The notes beneath the pieces are model-generated. The model was given only the letters and a program-made list of their open reading frames with translations, was not told the DNA's origin and ran no database searches. The position numbers were made by a program, and so were the translations under genes. A DNA stretch of 63,972 nucleotides, filler included, from Malassezia furfur (Eukaryota): NCBI GenBank assembly GCA_052055015.1. It is 5 parts of 5 records of this genome, joined end to end, with 100 filler letters (N's around TTAATTAATTAA, not from the genome) between each part and the next. Parts side by side here need not be neighbours in the genome. Positions count along the whole stretch, not along the records: positions 13,378 to 26,617 come from JBQJIT010000324.1; positions 26,718 to 39,943 come from JBQJIT010000325.1; 3 more parts are not named here. One strand, written 5' to 3'. This document shows positions 22,832 to 35,598 of the stretch, piece by piece. Each line of letters opens with the position of its first letter. The stretch's first letter is position 1.

Positions 22832-25414
22832 TCAGGCGGTGGCCTTGGGCGCATCTTCCGCTGAGGCTGACGCAGCGTCCGAGGGCGGAGTGGCCGTGGT
22901 GTAGGTGCTCTCGAGCGCGGCTGATACCGCGCCCGACACGTCCAGGTGGAAGAAAGGTGTCAGCTCATTGTTCCACAACACCGGCACATTGATGCTGGCC
23001 GAGTGGTCCAACGAGTTCGCATCGTTCGAGGGCTTGCCGCTGAACTCGCTGTACAAGTTCTTCAACTCTTCCTCGCACTGCATCTCCGTGCGGACGTGCG
23101 ACTGCGCCTCGATGTCATCGCTGGGCGCGCGCTGGCTCGTCTCGGGCAGTCCATTGTCGTCATCCTCGACAAACTTAACACCCTTGGGCGGGGGGTGGTA
23201 CCGGCCAACTTCACGCGGGTCGCCGACGGCGCCCTCGGGCACCACCGCAGCGATTTCGCGGACGTGGCGGCGGATCGAGCCGGTGCCGAAGTCGCCGGCG
23301 AGCAGCGCACGTCGGATCCACGGACTGAGGATCTGTGCAAAGTGGAACTCGACACGGTGTCCGCTGTAGATCTCCACGGCGTTACGCAGGTCCACAAGCA
23401 CTTGCACCGAGGTCGTGTCAACGTTGCCCACCGAGCCGAAGTCGAGCACAATCGCGCGCAAGCGCGGGCGTGGGTCATGCGCAAATGCTTGAGCGTCCTC
23501 GCAGCGCGTCTCGTCGACCGACTTGGCGTCAGGGTGCCGCTTATAGTAGAAGCTCATGGAGCGCCACGCCTTGATCACCCACGGGTTCGGCGGGCCCGGG
23601 TCGTTCCATGCGCGATCGCCCGCGCGCACGGAGCTGATCGCCTTATTCGGCCGCGTCTCGGCCTTGACCTTGTCAAGGATCACGTCCGACATGCGCGACG
23701 CATTGGGGTAAGTGAACGATTCCTCCACCCGGTACACCAAAATGCCGGGCGGCGGCGGGCGGATGACCAGGGAAGGGTCGCGCATGCGGTCGTTGTTGTC
23801 CATCGGCACATACACGTCGCGCAGCTGGCGCGTGCTGACCACGCCGCCGTTCTCGTGCTGGACGTGCACCACGCCAAGGAAGTGGCCACGGGGGTGTGCA
23901 ATGCGCACCAACAGCAGCGCCGCCGACAGACACACGGACACGTATACACCGTAGTCGACGCTGGAAAAGATCGTCACCGCCACCGCTGCCACAAAGATGA
24001 GCAGCTCCAGCGGGTTCATCAGCCAGAACTTGTACAGGAGCGCCGGCGGTGCAATCAGGTCGCCGACGGCATGGATAATGACGGCCGACAGCGCGGCGTT
24101 GGGGATCCAGTAAAAGACACCCGACAGCGCGTAGATGGCGATCAGCACCACAATGGCCGTGACCCAGCCGGCGATCGGCGTACGCACACCCGACTTGGAC
24201 TTGATCGCAGAGCGCGAGAAAGAGCCAGTAGCCGCATAGCCGCCAAAGCAGGGGCCCACCATGTTGGTGACGCCGATGGCAATCAGCTCCTGGTTTGGGT
24301 TGATCTTGTAGTTGTTCACGCGCCCAAACGACTTCGAGATGGCAATGTGCTCAAGCAGCAGCACAATCACCGACGCAGGCAGCTCCGAGCCCAGCGCAGC
24401 CAGCAGGCCCTGGTCGAGCACCGGCTGGCCCATGTGCTTAAAGCCGCGCGGAACATGCAGGATCAGACTGATCGGGTATTTCTTTTCGTTGTGGTACTGC
24501 GTGCCGACCCACGCGCGACTCGCGGCGGTGAGGATGATAATCACAAACGCGCTGCGCATCACCGACACAAAGAACGCCGTTCGGGCGTGCCGCGGATAGC
24601 GCTTGGCGATCCAGTTGCACATCCAGCGCACAAAGTAGAGGAAGACGAGCGCGGAGACACCGAACGCGGCGTCCGCCTTGGCCGTCGGCAGCCTGCGGAA
24701 AAAGTTGATCACGATTCGGTACATGGGGTCGTTCGAGTTCACCTTGGATTCGCCGAGCAGCTTGGGCAGCTGACCTGCCAAGATGGTCAGCGCCGAGCCC
24801 GTCATAAACCCGCTCACGGCGGGTGCAGGAATGAATTCCACAATCCAGCCGAGGCGCAGCAGACCGATGCCGAGCGTAATAACACCGCACAGGAAGGCGA
24901 GCGCCATGGCGATGATCTCGGGGTGATCCGTGTATTGCCGACCCGCGTCTGTATTGAGCACATGGTTGATCACGTTGTGGGTCTGGAGCGACATGACCGC
25001 GACGGGACCAATCGTTACATCTTTGGAGGTGGCAAACAGGGCATAGATCACCACACCCACAAACGATGCATACAGTCCAAACTCAGGCTTGAGGCCCGCG
25101 ACGTTGGCGTACGACATCGACTGCGGCACCACCACGAGACCCACCGTGATGCCCGAGATCAGGTCGCCCATTCCCCACGTCAAGTTATACGAGAGGATCC
25201 AGCGGCGGAAGGGGAAAAGCCCCTCGATGTAATTTAGTGTGCCGTACCATGGGTTGCGGTAGTGCTTGCGTGCAAAATCCCCTACGCTCACCATGGGCAC
25301 GCCCAACCGGTTCGCTTCGGTGTCGTCATACCGGACCACCTTCTTCCCAAACGCCTTGGCCTTCTGCCAGAGACTGGCGCCCTTAGACGTCTCGCCGACG
25401 ATGGTCGGCTCCAT
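22832..25414 (-). CDS. SulP/SLC26 sulfate permease with STAS domain
   Basis: GDLISGITVGLVVVPQSMSYA, ATSKDVTIGPVAV, TGSFSRSA, STAS VLDFGSVGNVDTTS. Confidence 0.95.
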   Translation of the reverse strand: MEPTIVGETSKGASLWQKAKAFGKKVVRYDDTEANRLGVPMVSVGDFARKHYRNPWYGTLNYIEGLFPFRRWILSYNLTWGMGDLISGITVGLVVVPQSMSYANVAGLKPEFGLYASFVGVVIYALFATSKDVTIGPVAVMSLQTHNVINHVLNTDAGRQYTDHPEIIAMALAFLCGVITLGIGLLRLGWIVEFIPAPAVSGFMTGSALTILAGQLPKLLGESKVNSNDPMYRIVINFFRRLPTAKADAAFGVSALVFLYFVRWMCNWIAKRYPRHARTAFFVSVMRSAFVIIILTAASRAWVGTQYHNEKKYPISLILHVPRGFKHMGQPVLDQGLLAALGSELPASVIVLLLEHIAISKSFGRVNNYKINPNQELIAIGVTNMVGPCFGGYAATGSFSRSAIKSKSGVRTPIAGWVTAIVVLIAIYALSGVFYWIPNAALSAVIIHAVGDLIAPPALLYKFWLMNPLELLIFVAAVAVTIFSSVDYGVYVSVCLSAALLLVRIAHPRGHFLGVVHVQHENGGVVSTRQLRDVYVPMDNNDRMRDPSLVIRPPPPGILVYRVEESFTYPNASRMSDVILDKVKAETRPNKAISSVRAGDRAWNDPGPPNPWVIKAWRSMSFYYKRHPDAKSVDETRCEDAQAFAHDPRPRLRAIVLDFGSVGNVDTTSVQVLVDLRNAVEIYSGHRVEFHFAQILSPWIRRALLAGDFGTGSIRRHVREIAAVVPEGAVGDPREVGRYHPPPKGVKFVEDDDNGLPETSQRAPSDDIEAQSHVRTEMQCEEELKNLYSEFSGKPSNDANSLDHSASINVPVLWNNELTPFFHLDVSGAVSAALESTYTTATPPSDAASASAEDAPKATA

Positions 25415-25742
25415 AGCTGGATGAAGGAGAAGAGGTACTTGGGGATAGGACCTAGCACTGGGGTGAAAAGAAGTACGAAGACGCACGCCCTGCCGCCCCC
25501 CTCCGCAGGGATCACCTCATGGCTGCCTGCCTGACATCTTTTTGCGAGCAGAGCACGCAATACCTGCACAATATTTCCGAACGTGGAGGTCACCGCGGCG
25601 TACCCACGTGCGACGCCAGATTCTCGATCTCTCGGCGGTGCGGCGCCCACGGTGGCGCGGCGCGCCCATGCAGCGAAGGCCACGTGGGTCCGCGTGGGCA
25701 CAGGACGCGTCGAGACGAACACTCGTCAATTCACGCGACGCG

Positions 25743-26617
25743 ATGGCCGAGCGCGCGCTGTTCGACGGGGTCCGCTACGTGCTGGCGGACACGCTGTCGA
25801 AGCACCAGACTGAAAAGGTACGCTTAACATCTGACACAGCTCCAAGCATTGCTTGATGCGCATGGCGCGGAGCCCGCGGCGGCCGCCGACGACCGCATTG
25901 CGTTCGAGGCCAACGCCACGCACGTCCTCACCGAGTCGCTCTGTGCACAAACACGTTGGTGCCAGTCGCTCGCAGATGCGCAGTCCACGCGTGGCCCACA
26001 CGAAGTGTGCGCCGTGACGGTACGTACGACGCCGCTCACCGCAGCCGCTGTGGGTGACGCGTTCCGTCGCACTCCAACACCTGCAGCCCGAGGGACTCTA
26101 TTCGCCCGACCCCACCCGCTTTTTTTCGGGGGTCGTGGTGAGCTGTGCGGGCCTTACGCCGCACGATCAAGAGATGATCGCGGCGGCGGTCGAGTCGCTG
26201 GGTGGCGCCGTGAAGCAGACGTTGTGCGAAGAAGTGACGCACCTTGTCGCAACGTCGCGAGACACGCCCAAAGTGCACGCGCTCGAGGGGCGTCCCGACA
26301 TTGCGATTGAGGTTGTTGCGCCGCACTGGGTCAATGACAGTTTCCGACTGAACCGGCGGCTGCCGCTGCGAGACTATGTCTTTGATCTGCGCACGCCCAA
26401 CGCCCTGCCCGTGTGTCTGCGCGCGTCGTGGGACCGGCCGCAAGAACGCGCCTCGTCGCCGTCCTCCTCGTCGGTTGACGAGGGCGCGGCGGTGCTCGCG
26501 GGCAAAAAGGTGCTGTTCGCGCGCGACATCCACGGCGGCGCGCTCGAGGCGCACCCCGAGCTCCACTCGCTGCGCGACCGCGTCGAGGCGGCCGGTGGCA
26601 CGTGCCTCGACACGGTC
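25743..26617 (+). CDS. RTT107: Multi-BRCT DNA-repair scaffold Rtt107/Brc1, 3' partial
   Basis: VT|PLWV..YSPDPTRFFSGVVVS..GG..VTHLVA..VAPHWVNDS; introns 25818-25839 (22 nt) and 26020-26044 (25 nt). Confidence 0.8.
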
Positions 26618-26717
26618 NNNNNNNNNNNNNNNNNNNNNNNNNNNNNNNNNNNNNNNNNNNNTTAATTAATTAANNNNNNNNNNNNNNNNNNNNNNNNNNN
26701 NNNNNNNNNNNNNNNNN
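26618..26717. other. Artificial contig linker
   Basis: N44-TTAATTAATTAA-N44. Confidence 0.98.
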
Positions 26718-28363
26718 CGCGGCTCAAGCACCGCTGGAACTATGCGTCGCTCGACTGTGCGGCGGTGCTGCATCAGGCCAACCCCTCAGCCAAACTCCCC
26801 ACGGCGATTCTGAGCGAGAAGAAGGACCGGTACATGCTCTCTCCGTGCCCCGTGTCCAACCGCGAACGCCAGTTTGTGGTGGTCGAGCTGTGCCAGCAGG
26901 TGCGCATTGATACGCTGGTGCTGGCCAACTTGGAGTTCTTCAGCAGCATGTTCAAGCTGTTTTCCGTGCGCCTTTCCAACGACCTGCATGCTCCTGAGCA
27001 TGAGTGGCGCATCCTGGGCCATTTTCATGCGCGCAACGTGCGTGGTCCCCAGGTGTTTGTGCTGAACAGCGTACCGCAAACTTACTACCGCTTTTTGCGG
27101 ATCGATTTCCTGGAGCACTACGGCAGTGAGTACTACTGCCCCGTGAGCCTGCTCCGTGTCTACGGTCGCAATGAGCGCGAGGACGCCGACGAGGCGGACG
27201 ATGTCGAGGAGGACGAACCTGACACGGTCGCGGACGAGCCGGAAGAGGACTGGGAGCCGCCGAATGCGTGCGACATCCACGTCGCGACCATCCGTGGGCG
27301 CGTGCAAATGTGCCCTGCGCATGCCGCAAGCATCTGGCCATGCGTGTGTGTGCCGCGTGTGCCTCTCGTGCCGCCCGCACACCCCGCACGGCCGGACGCG
27401 CCCCGCCTCGAGCCGAGTGCTGCCGCGCCGCATTCCCCGCCGGTGGCATCGAGCGCGGCCCATGCGGCGCGTGCGCCCAACACGACACATCCCGCCCATG
27501 CGCCACCGGCCAACGCCACCGCACGCACCGAGCCCAAGCCTGGCGAAAAGGGCACGGCCGGCGGCGAGTCCATCTTCCGCACCATCACCAAACGCCTCGC
27601 TGCGCTCGAGACGAACACGAGTTTGAGCATGCAGTACCTGCAGCTGAGCAGTGAGGTACTGCGCGACCGGCTCGCAAGCCTCGAACAGACTCGCCACACG
27701 CACATGGCCGAGTTTGCCGCGGCGCTCAACGCATCCTATACCCAGCAGCTCCACACGCACCTCGCGGAGCTGCGCGTCGCGCTGCAGGCACGCGACGACG
27801 CGTACGGCGCGCTGGCGACGCGCGTCGAGCACCTCGCCACCGAACTCGTGTACGAGCGGCGCCGCGGGTTTGCGCAGCTCCTGCTCCTCCTCGTACTGCT
27901 CGCACTGCTCGTCGTGACGCGCGCCTCGCGTCCGGTGCTCACCCTCGCGCAGCGGCCCAACGACCCACGTGGCACGACCGACGGGGGGTCGACGCCACGC
28001 CCGCGGTATGCGTCGCCGCTCGCGCGCGTCTTGTCGCCGTTGCGGCGCACGGCGTCGCCGCTTGAAGACGAGTCGGCGGTCGTTACCGCGCTCGAGCACG
28101 CGGCGCACGACATGGCACACGCACAGCCGCGCACGCCGCTCGCGCGCGTGCAGGATGCGGCCCTTCCGCCGCGGCCCGTTGCGTCGGTCAAGTACCCGCA
28201 CATCCGTGGTGCCGTGACGCCGTCGCCGGGGCGTCTTGCGTGGCGCACGCGCCCGCGCCTGCGCGCGCACCCTACACCCGACGCGCGCCGGCCCACAGCG
28301 TCCGCGTCGGCGCCGCCGAGCGGGTCGGAATGGAGCGATGGGGAGGAATCTGTACATAACTAG
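26718..28363 (+). CDS. SLP1: Mid-SUN domain ER protein (Slp1/SUCO-like), 5' partial
   Basis: RWNYASLDCAA..ILSEKKDRYMLSPC, ANLEFFSSMFK, HYGSEYYCPVSLLRVYG, ESIFRTITKRL..LETNTSLS, TM helix. Confidence 0.9.
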
Positions 28364-29368
28364 CTTGTTTTGTCGTGCCACGCCTGGTACGTGGAGCTGA
28401 TACCAAACGCAATAAACATGCATGCACCCCCGAGCGTCACTGGGTTAGCCTCTCGTACGCACAATGCCGCACGCTCAGCCGCGCCGCAAGCAGCGCCCCG
28501 GCGGTCACCGCGATGGCGACGCACACGAGGTGCGCCAGACTCGTGCCCACGGCGACGATCGCGACGCGGTGCGTCGCCGCGAGCGCCATCGTCGTGATCT
28601 GCGACCGGTCGCCCCACTCGCCGAGGAAGTTGAGCAGGAACGCCTGCGAAAACGTCGCGCTGAAGAACAGGCCGCACAGGTTGCGCGTGCCTTCGCGCAC
28701 AAACGCCGACACGGACGTCTTGGGCGTCGCGTGCAGCGCCTCGCTCGCACGCTGCAGCGTCGACTCGTGGTGCACCGGTGGGTACGGCGCGACATTGGGG
28801 TATACGCCGGCCGCCGGCTCGCCGCGCTCCAGCTCATCCAGCTCGTGCTCCTCTTCGTCCGCACGGATCTCGTCCTGCGCCTCTTTCCACTCCTCGCCAA
28901 GCTCGTCGCCCTTCATGTGGAAGCCGTGCCAGAGCATCACCACGCCAAAGCCCAGGAAGAGCGCAGCACTGATAAACAGCGCGCCGCGGTGCGACAGCAG
29001 CGCAGGAAGCACTGCGCCCATCAGGCTGGATAGCGTCGACATGCAGATCATCGCAGACCAGCTGCCCCAGAACACGGTAAGCGGCGGGTGCCGCATCGCC
29101 AGGATCGCACTTGTCAGGAACGTCTTGTCCCCAATCTCCGAGACCTGCGTCAGCGCACACGGGTGCCTACCGTCGTAATCGCAAAACTTTTCAGAAAACC
29201 CGCAACGTCGGCGTGCGTAAGATGCACACGCAGCAGCAGCGCGTCGCTCCACACCGAGTCGGCGTGTGAGCCAACAGCGAGCACCGCCGACGTCGCAGCC
29301 GCACTCGCACTCGCAGGCAGCGGCGCGGAAGCGGTCATCGCGGCCTCGACCAGCGTCGTTCCGTTCAT
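28360..29368 (-). CDS. GDT1: Gdt1/TMEM165 (UPF0016) Ca2+/Mn2+ transporter
   Basis: Twin motifs SEIGDKTF and GEWGDRSQ; introns 29145-29170 (26 nt) and 28440-28462 (23 nt). Confidence 0.92.
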
Positions 29369-29440
29369 GTCGGAGCAGGTGGAGGCAGGTGCAGCACTAC
29401 ACGCCTGCTATAATCTAACCGCTCAAATTGGCGCTATTAT

Positions 29441-32381
29441 TTACATAGAGTGCACGGACGCCGGCTTGGACGGCACGGGCGTCGGCGTGACACCCGTCGT
29501 CTCGGGCGATGATGTGATTTCGGTGCTTGCGAATGTCGCATTTGGGCGCGACGATATACGCTGCAGCCCGTCGTCGTCCGCAAAGGTGGTACGCACGCCC
29601 GTCGACTGCCCCGCATCCTGCTTGTCGTCCCATGACTTGTCGCTGCCTGCCGTAGGGTAGGACGCCATGAGCCCGGCGTTGGGCACGTTCAGGTGCGCGT
29701 CGTGTGTCTGGTCGTACGCATGGAGCTCGCTTGGAAGCATAATCGCACGGTCGATCGCGCTCGGCAGTCCACGGTGACGCCCCCGGATCATGACCGCAAT
29801 CACGATCAACTTGGAGATCACGCCAAAGTCGCCGCTCAGCGACGCATTCATGTTCTGCGCACCACACGACAGGCCGACAGTGCCATAGGCCGACACCATC
29901 TCATACAGCACGGTGAACACGGTGAGGTTCGGGTACCTTTCGTGGTCGCCAATCTTGCCCTTTTCGGCAATCAGCACGATCCACAGCGCGAGCGCCATCC
30001 ACCACAGATCGAACGCGACCTGCCGGCGCACCTGCTCCGAGAGGAAGCGGCCCCACACCGCGTGCCCGTCGTCGACGCTGCTCTCATCTTGTTGGCCTTC
30101 GTCGTCGTACACGCCCAGGCTGCCTTCTTCGTACACGTTGGTGCTGCGCACAGCCATCGTCAGGGGGAACACGGCGAGGTACATCATAAACACCTGCAGC
30201 ATCTGCTCCGCAGGCACCAGGTTCAGGATGTTAAACGTCTGGAAGCCGCCAGAGCGCACCGCAACCGACTGGAACAGCGCGTCAAACACCCATGTGCCGA
30301 TCGACGGCCACTCGTGCCGCATCTCGAGGTCGAGCACTAACAGGAAGAACCAGTCGATGAACGTCAAGATGATCACCAGCGCAAACAAGAACCACGTGTT
30401 TTCCCGCGGGAAGAGGTACACAAAGCACCGCCGCGGGTGGTCGAGCAGGAAGCGCAACGTCTCGTACAGGTGAGACTCTTTGTGCACGCAGCACGAGAGC
30501 AGCCAGATGAAAAAACGCAGCATCACAGGGTAGGCCGTGTTGCCGACCAGCACCAAAATGGCCGTGGGGATGAGCATCATGTAGCCGTTGCGCAGCGCGC
30601 CTTGGAAACTCTCGTCGGCAAGCGACATGCCCGTGTTGGTGATCGCCGAGACCACCGTAAAGATCCAGAACCACGTCGTATTGTGCGGCGGCTTCGGCTG
30701 GTCTTCGATGGCGTCGCGGTAGGACTGCGCGCTCTTGCTCACCATGTAGGGCGTCGTGATGATGATTGCCAGTAGCACCCACGCAATCCAGTAGGTCGGG
30801 ATGAGCCACGCGAGCACATCGACCGCACGGTACTCGACACCGCCCAGTTCATTGCGCTGCGCTTGCGTGAGGTTGTGGAAGTGCGAGTTGCCCGTGACCG
30901 TCGCATCAAACGTCAGGTAGGGCGCCAGCCGTACGCCGCCGCGGTCCGACTCGATCGTGTTCATACGGTCGGGGTGTGCGGACGCCATCGTCGCGCTCCG
31001 TGGCACCTTGAGCCGATGATTCACGTTGAACGACTCGAGAAAACCCACGATCCACTCGAGCGGCGAGGGGAACCCACCCAGCCCCTTGTTCTTGTTGCGC
31101 GTCATGGTCCGGTGCAGCGCGACGTGTGGCGCACGCGTCGTGTCGCTGCGCGTCTGCATCGTGTTGGTGCGCGCAAACGACAAAGAGCGCGACGGAAACG
31201 GATTGTCGTTGGCGAGCGTAGCGGCACGCTTTGGGCGCAGCTCCTCGTGCTCCTGCTTCTGCTCGGGCGTCTGCTCGAGAAACGACACAGTGTGCACGCG
31301 GCGCATCTCCTTCCCCTCTTTTGGACGGTCGTCGTCGCTCGTCGACCGGCGGCGCTGCGGCACGGGGCTCGGCGATGCACTCGACGAAAAAACGTCGTCG
31401 CGCCGCGGCTCGCGGATGCGCACACTCGACTCGTTGCCCTCTGCCGCAGGCTCGGCGATGCGGATACTCCGGTCGGTGCTCGGCGGCTCGGGCTCGACGA
31501 TGCGGACGCCCTGTTCGGGCGCGTCAGACGTCGGCTCCGCGATGCGAACGGTGGGCGTCTGTTTCTCATCGTTGGCGTCGGCCGCCGCGTCGCTCGTCTG
31601 CAGGATGGAGGGCATCGCTGGCTCGTTGCTCCCTTGCAGCACGGGGCTCGCGAACTCGACCGGCTCAGGGTTGGCGACCATTGTGGTCATCTGCCCGGTC
31701 GGGTTCACCTGCCGAGCCGGTTCGTCCATACGGTGCACCATGCCGGCATGCAGTTTGGGCCGCTTGGCCGACCCGTGGCCTTTGGACTTGTCTGCGGCGG
31801 TCTTGGCCTGCTTGCGCTTTTCTTTCTGTGCTTGCGCATCTTGCGGGTCGTGCGTGTCGTGGTCATTGTGCCGTAGACCAAAGAAGCTACGCACCCACTC
31901 CATCTCCTCTTCGTGGTGCTTGTGCTGCTGGTTTTCGATATCGCGCATGCGCTCACGCACCGACGCGCTCTCCTTGACCACTGAGCGGAACTTTTTGCCG
32001 AAAAAGTACCGGCGCAGCAGCACAATGACCACACTGTCGATAATTAAGTTTCCAATCGACATGAGAATGAACACGACGATCTGCTGCGCGAGCGTCAGCT
32101 GCGACACAGGAAAGGTGACCAGGCCCGTGACTGTCATTCCAGACGCCGCAATGAACAGACAGTCGATATATGCAATGTTGGAGTTTCCCCGGATCCCATA
32201 AATGATGCCCGACGCGACAAAACTGACCAGGATAAACCAGATCATGTGGGCACGCTGGGTGAGCTTCGACACGCACGTAAAAGTTCATATACGTCAGAAA
32301 GAAGTGGTGGAAACCTCTTTGGAAGCGCCTAAGCGCCCCTTGGGGCTCGTCCTCCGAGTCGCTGTCCAGGTCCGAGCCCAT
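29441..32381 (-). CDS. TRK: Trk-family potassium transporter, copy 1
   Basis: Four P-loops (MTVTGL, ITNTGM, VRSGGF, YGTVGL), ELGGVEYRA, FLLDHPRRC, RGRHRGLP; 22-nt intron 32255-32276. Confidence 0.93.
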
Positions 32382-32689
32382 ATCTCGCGGTGCACACGCG
32401 CTGCGACGACGCGCCAAAATGTAGGCGCAGCCCAACTCAACCAACCTATCACGTGCCCCAAGGTCCGTGCTGCGCGTGCGGCCAGATCGGCGCGTCCTGC
32501 ATCCGCCGATCGGCCAGAATGTCGGCACCTTGCAACGTGCATTGATCACGGCTCGGCGTCCACGACACAAACGTATCTTTTATATACATGATTCGATTTA
32601 CAAAAATGGTTTGCGCAAAGAAGCGGTGATGGGGGCCCATTGGCGCCGTAACATGCCCACGACACTCGCCAGACGCACGGCAGCGGACG

Positions 32690-35207
32690 CTACGTGTCGT
32701 CGCCGTCATCGTCGCGTCTCTCGGCCTCTGCATCAGCGGTGCCTGTACGCGAAACACTGAGGCGTGCGTCGTGTGTACGATCCAATACGTGCACCTCGCT
32801 CGGCAGCAGAATCGCACGGTCAATGGCGCTCGGCAGTCCACGATGCCGTCCGCGAAACATGACCGCGATCATGATGAGCTTGGATACCACGCCAAAATCC
32901 CCGCTCAGGGACGTGTTGGAGTACTGTGCCCCCACTGAGAGGCCCACGGTACCGTATGCGGAGATCACCTCGTACAGAACGGTGAACACCGATAGGTTGG
33001 GGTACTTGGTTGTGTTCTCGACCTTGCCCTGCTCCGCAATGAGCACCGTCCATACGGCCAGTGCGATCCACCACAAGTCAAACGCGAGCTGCCGACGCAC
33101 TTGTTCAGACAGGAAGCGGCCCCACACGTTCGTGCTGCCTTGCTCCCCACTGGCCTCGTCGCGTGGCTCGTCGTCGTACAGCCCCAAGCTGCCTTCTTCG
33201 TACACATTGGTCGTGCGGACGGCCATGGTCACGGGGTAGGCAGAGAGGTACATCATAAATACCTGGAGCATCTGCTCGGCGGGCGCCAGATTCAGGATGC
33301 TGAACGTCTGGAACCCAGCCGTGCGGACGGCCACCGCTTGGAACAGCGCGTCAAACACCCACGTCCCAGTCGACAGCGATTGGTGGCGTTTGCCGAGGTC
33401 GAGGATCATGAGGAAGAACCAGTCGATCACGTTGAGCACCACCACGGTGCCAAGCAAAATCCATGTGCTGCCACTCGGGAAGAGATACACAAAGCATCGC
33501 CGCGGGTGGTCCAGCAAAAAGCGCAGCGACTCGTACAGCGGCGACTGTTTGGACACGGTCTTGGACAGCACCCAGATGCTCAGGCGCAGCAGGACGGGGT
33601 ACATAGTGTTCCCCACCAGCACGAGCCCACCCACAAAAATCATCAAGAGGTACGCATTGCTCAACCCACCCTCGAAGCTCCCGTCGGCTAGCGACATGCC
33701 CGTATTGGTGATGGCTGACACCGTATTGAAGATGGAGTACCACTCGGCATTGCGCGGTGCCTTGGGCTGCTCGCCCAACGCGCGGCGGAATCCAAGCGCA
33801 CTGTTGCTGGCCATGTAGGGCGTGCACACGACAATGGCCAGCAGCGTCCAGCCCAGCCAGTACAGCGGGATGAGCCAGCACAACACATTGATCGCTCGGT
33901 ACTCCACGCCGCCCAGCTCGGCGCGCTGCAGACGCGTGAGGTGCGGAAAGTGCGAGTTGCCCGTGACCTGTGCGTCAAAGCTGAGGTATGGGGCGGATCG
34001 CACCACTCCGCTCTCTTGCTCGGCCGTTGGCTCCCGGTCGGCGTACGTCGACGCCAGGGTGGCTGTGCGCGGAACTTGGAAGTGATGCGTAAGGTGCAGC
34101 GCATCGAGAAGGATAAATACACAGTCGATGGGCGAGGGAAGCCCACCGAGCCCTTTGGTTTTGTTCAGAGTCATGGTCCGCGTCAGAGCAGCATAAGGAG
34201 CTCGCGACGCACCCGTTCGCTCATCCCGCGTGAGGGACTCGCGCGTTCCGACGGTCGGGACACGCCGTGCGCGTAGGCCCTCGACTGGAAGCGTACACGA
34301 TGTGGGTGGATCGGCGTACGAAACAGTCTGTACACGATGCGCCGCCTTGCCTGAATTGGTATTGCAAAGGTGCTCCAGCGGCGGGGGTCTGTGACGGGGT
34401 ACGCTGTCATTCGCGGGCATTTTCTCAGCCTGCTGGTCTGCCGAAATGCCGTCCTCGCATTGCGCCGTGTCTGTTTGACTGTGTTGATGGGCGCCATCCA
34501 TATCCTTTCTCCGCTCGTACGAAACCATGGTCGTTGCATGGCCTGTAGGGTTGACCTGGCGTGCCGGCTCGTCTGTGCGATGGACCATGCCCACATGGAG
34601 ACGCTGACGTTGATGTCCTCCGCATGTGTTGGTCGATTCCAAAGCCGGGGACCTGTCGACAAGAGGGCCGTCTACACCCTTCTCCAGCTCATCTTTTCCC
34701 AGGCCCAAGAACCTCCGCACCTTTTCCGCATCCGCCTCGCGCTGCCGGCGATTCTGTTCCTCGATGTCATGCATCCGCGCGCGGATGGTTGCGCTCCGCT
34801 GGAATACGGTGTCAATCTTGGTGCGAAAAAATCGTCGACGGACCAAAACCATGAACAAACTGTTGAGCATCAAGTTGCCCATGACCATCAGGATGAACAG
34901 CACCACTTGCTGTCCGAGAGTCATCTGTGATACCGGTACGGTGACCAGCCCGGTGACGGTCATGGCAGATGTAGCCATATACAAACAGTCGATGTACCGC
35001 ATATTGGTGTTGCCGCGTGCGCCATACAAGATCCCCGACGCGGTGAATATGGTGACCGCAAAGTAGAGCATGTGCACACGCTGAGTGAGCGGTTCCACGT
35101 ACATAGTAGTTCATATATCGTCGGAAAAACCGACGAATCCCTTCTATAGCGCCTTGTTTAGCGCTGCATGGTGCTTCTCCCTCGCTCATCTCTTGTTCGG
35201 TCTCCAT
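32690..35207 (-). CDS. TRK: Trk-family potassium transporter, copy 2
   Basis: Same motifs; 22-nt intron 35081-35102 at the homologous codon. Confidence 0.93.
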
Positions 35208-35598
35208 GGCGGCGTGCGCCGGTGCACAACGCGCTTCTCCGCAGGGCCCTGCGCAGCATTCAGCCACGTGGCGCTTGCGCGATTTTGCTCCTGCTGGTGC
35301 GCGCATGGGCCACCATGAGGCATCGCATGCGCACAGCGACAGTGATATGGATGAGACAGACTGCGCATCTGGGTGGGTGCCGCCAAGCCTCTTTCCCTGG
35401 AACGGACCTCGACACGGTGATGCACGCCGTCGTGCAGATGCGCACGGACCAGCTTAGCGCCAGGCACGACGATCGGCACCCGTGTCAATAGGGTCCTGGC
35501 TCGTCAGGCCATGCGGAGTGTTGGTCCAAGTGCCTTGGGCGTCGTATTTCTACAGTACAAAGGGAATGCCCGAATGAGCGATACATCCGCCCATCTAT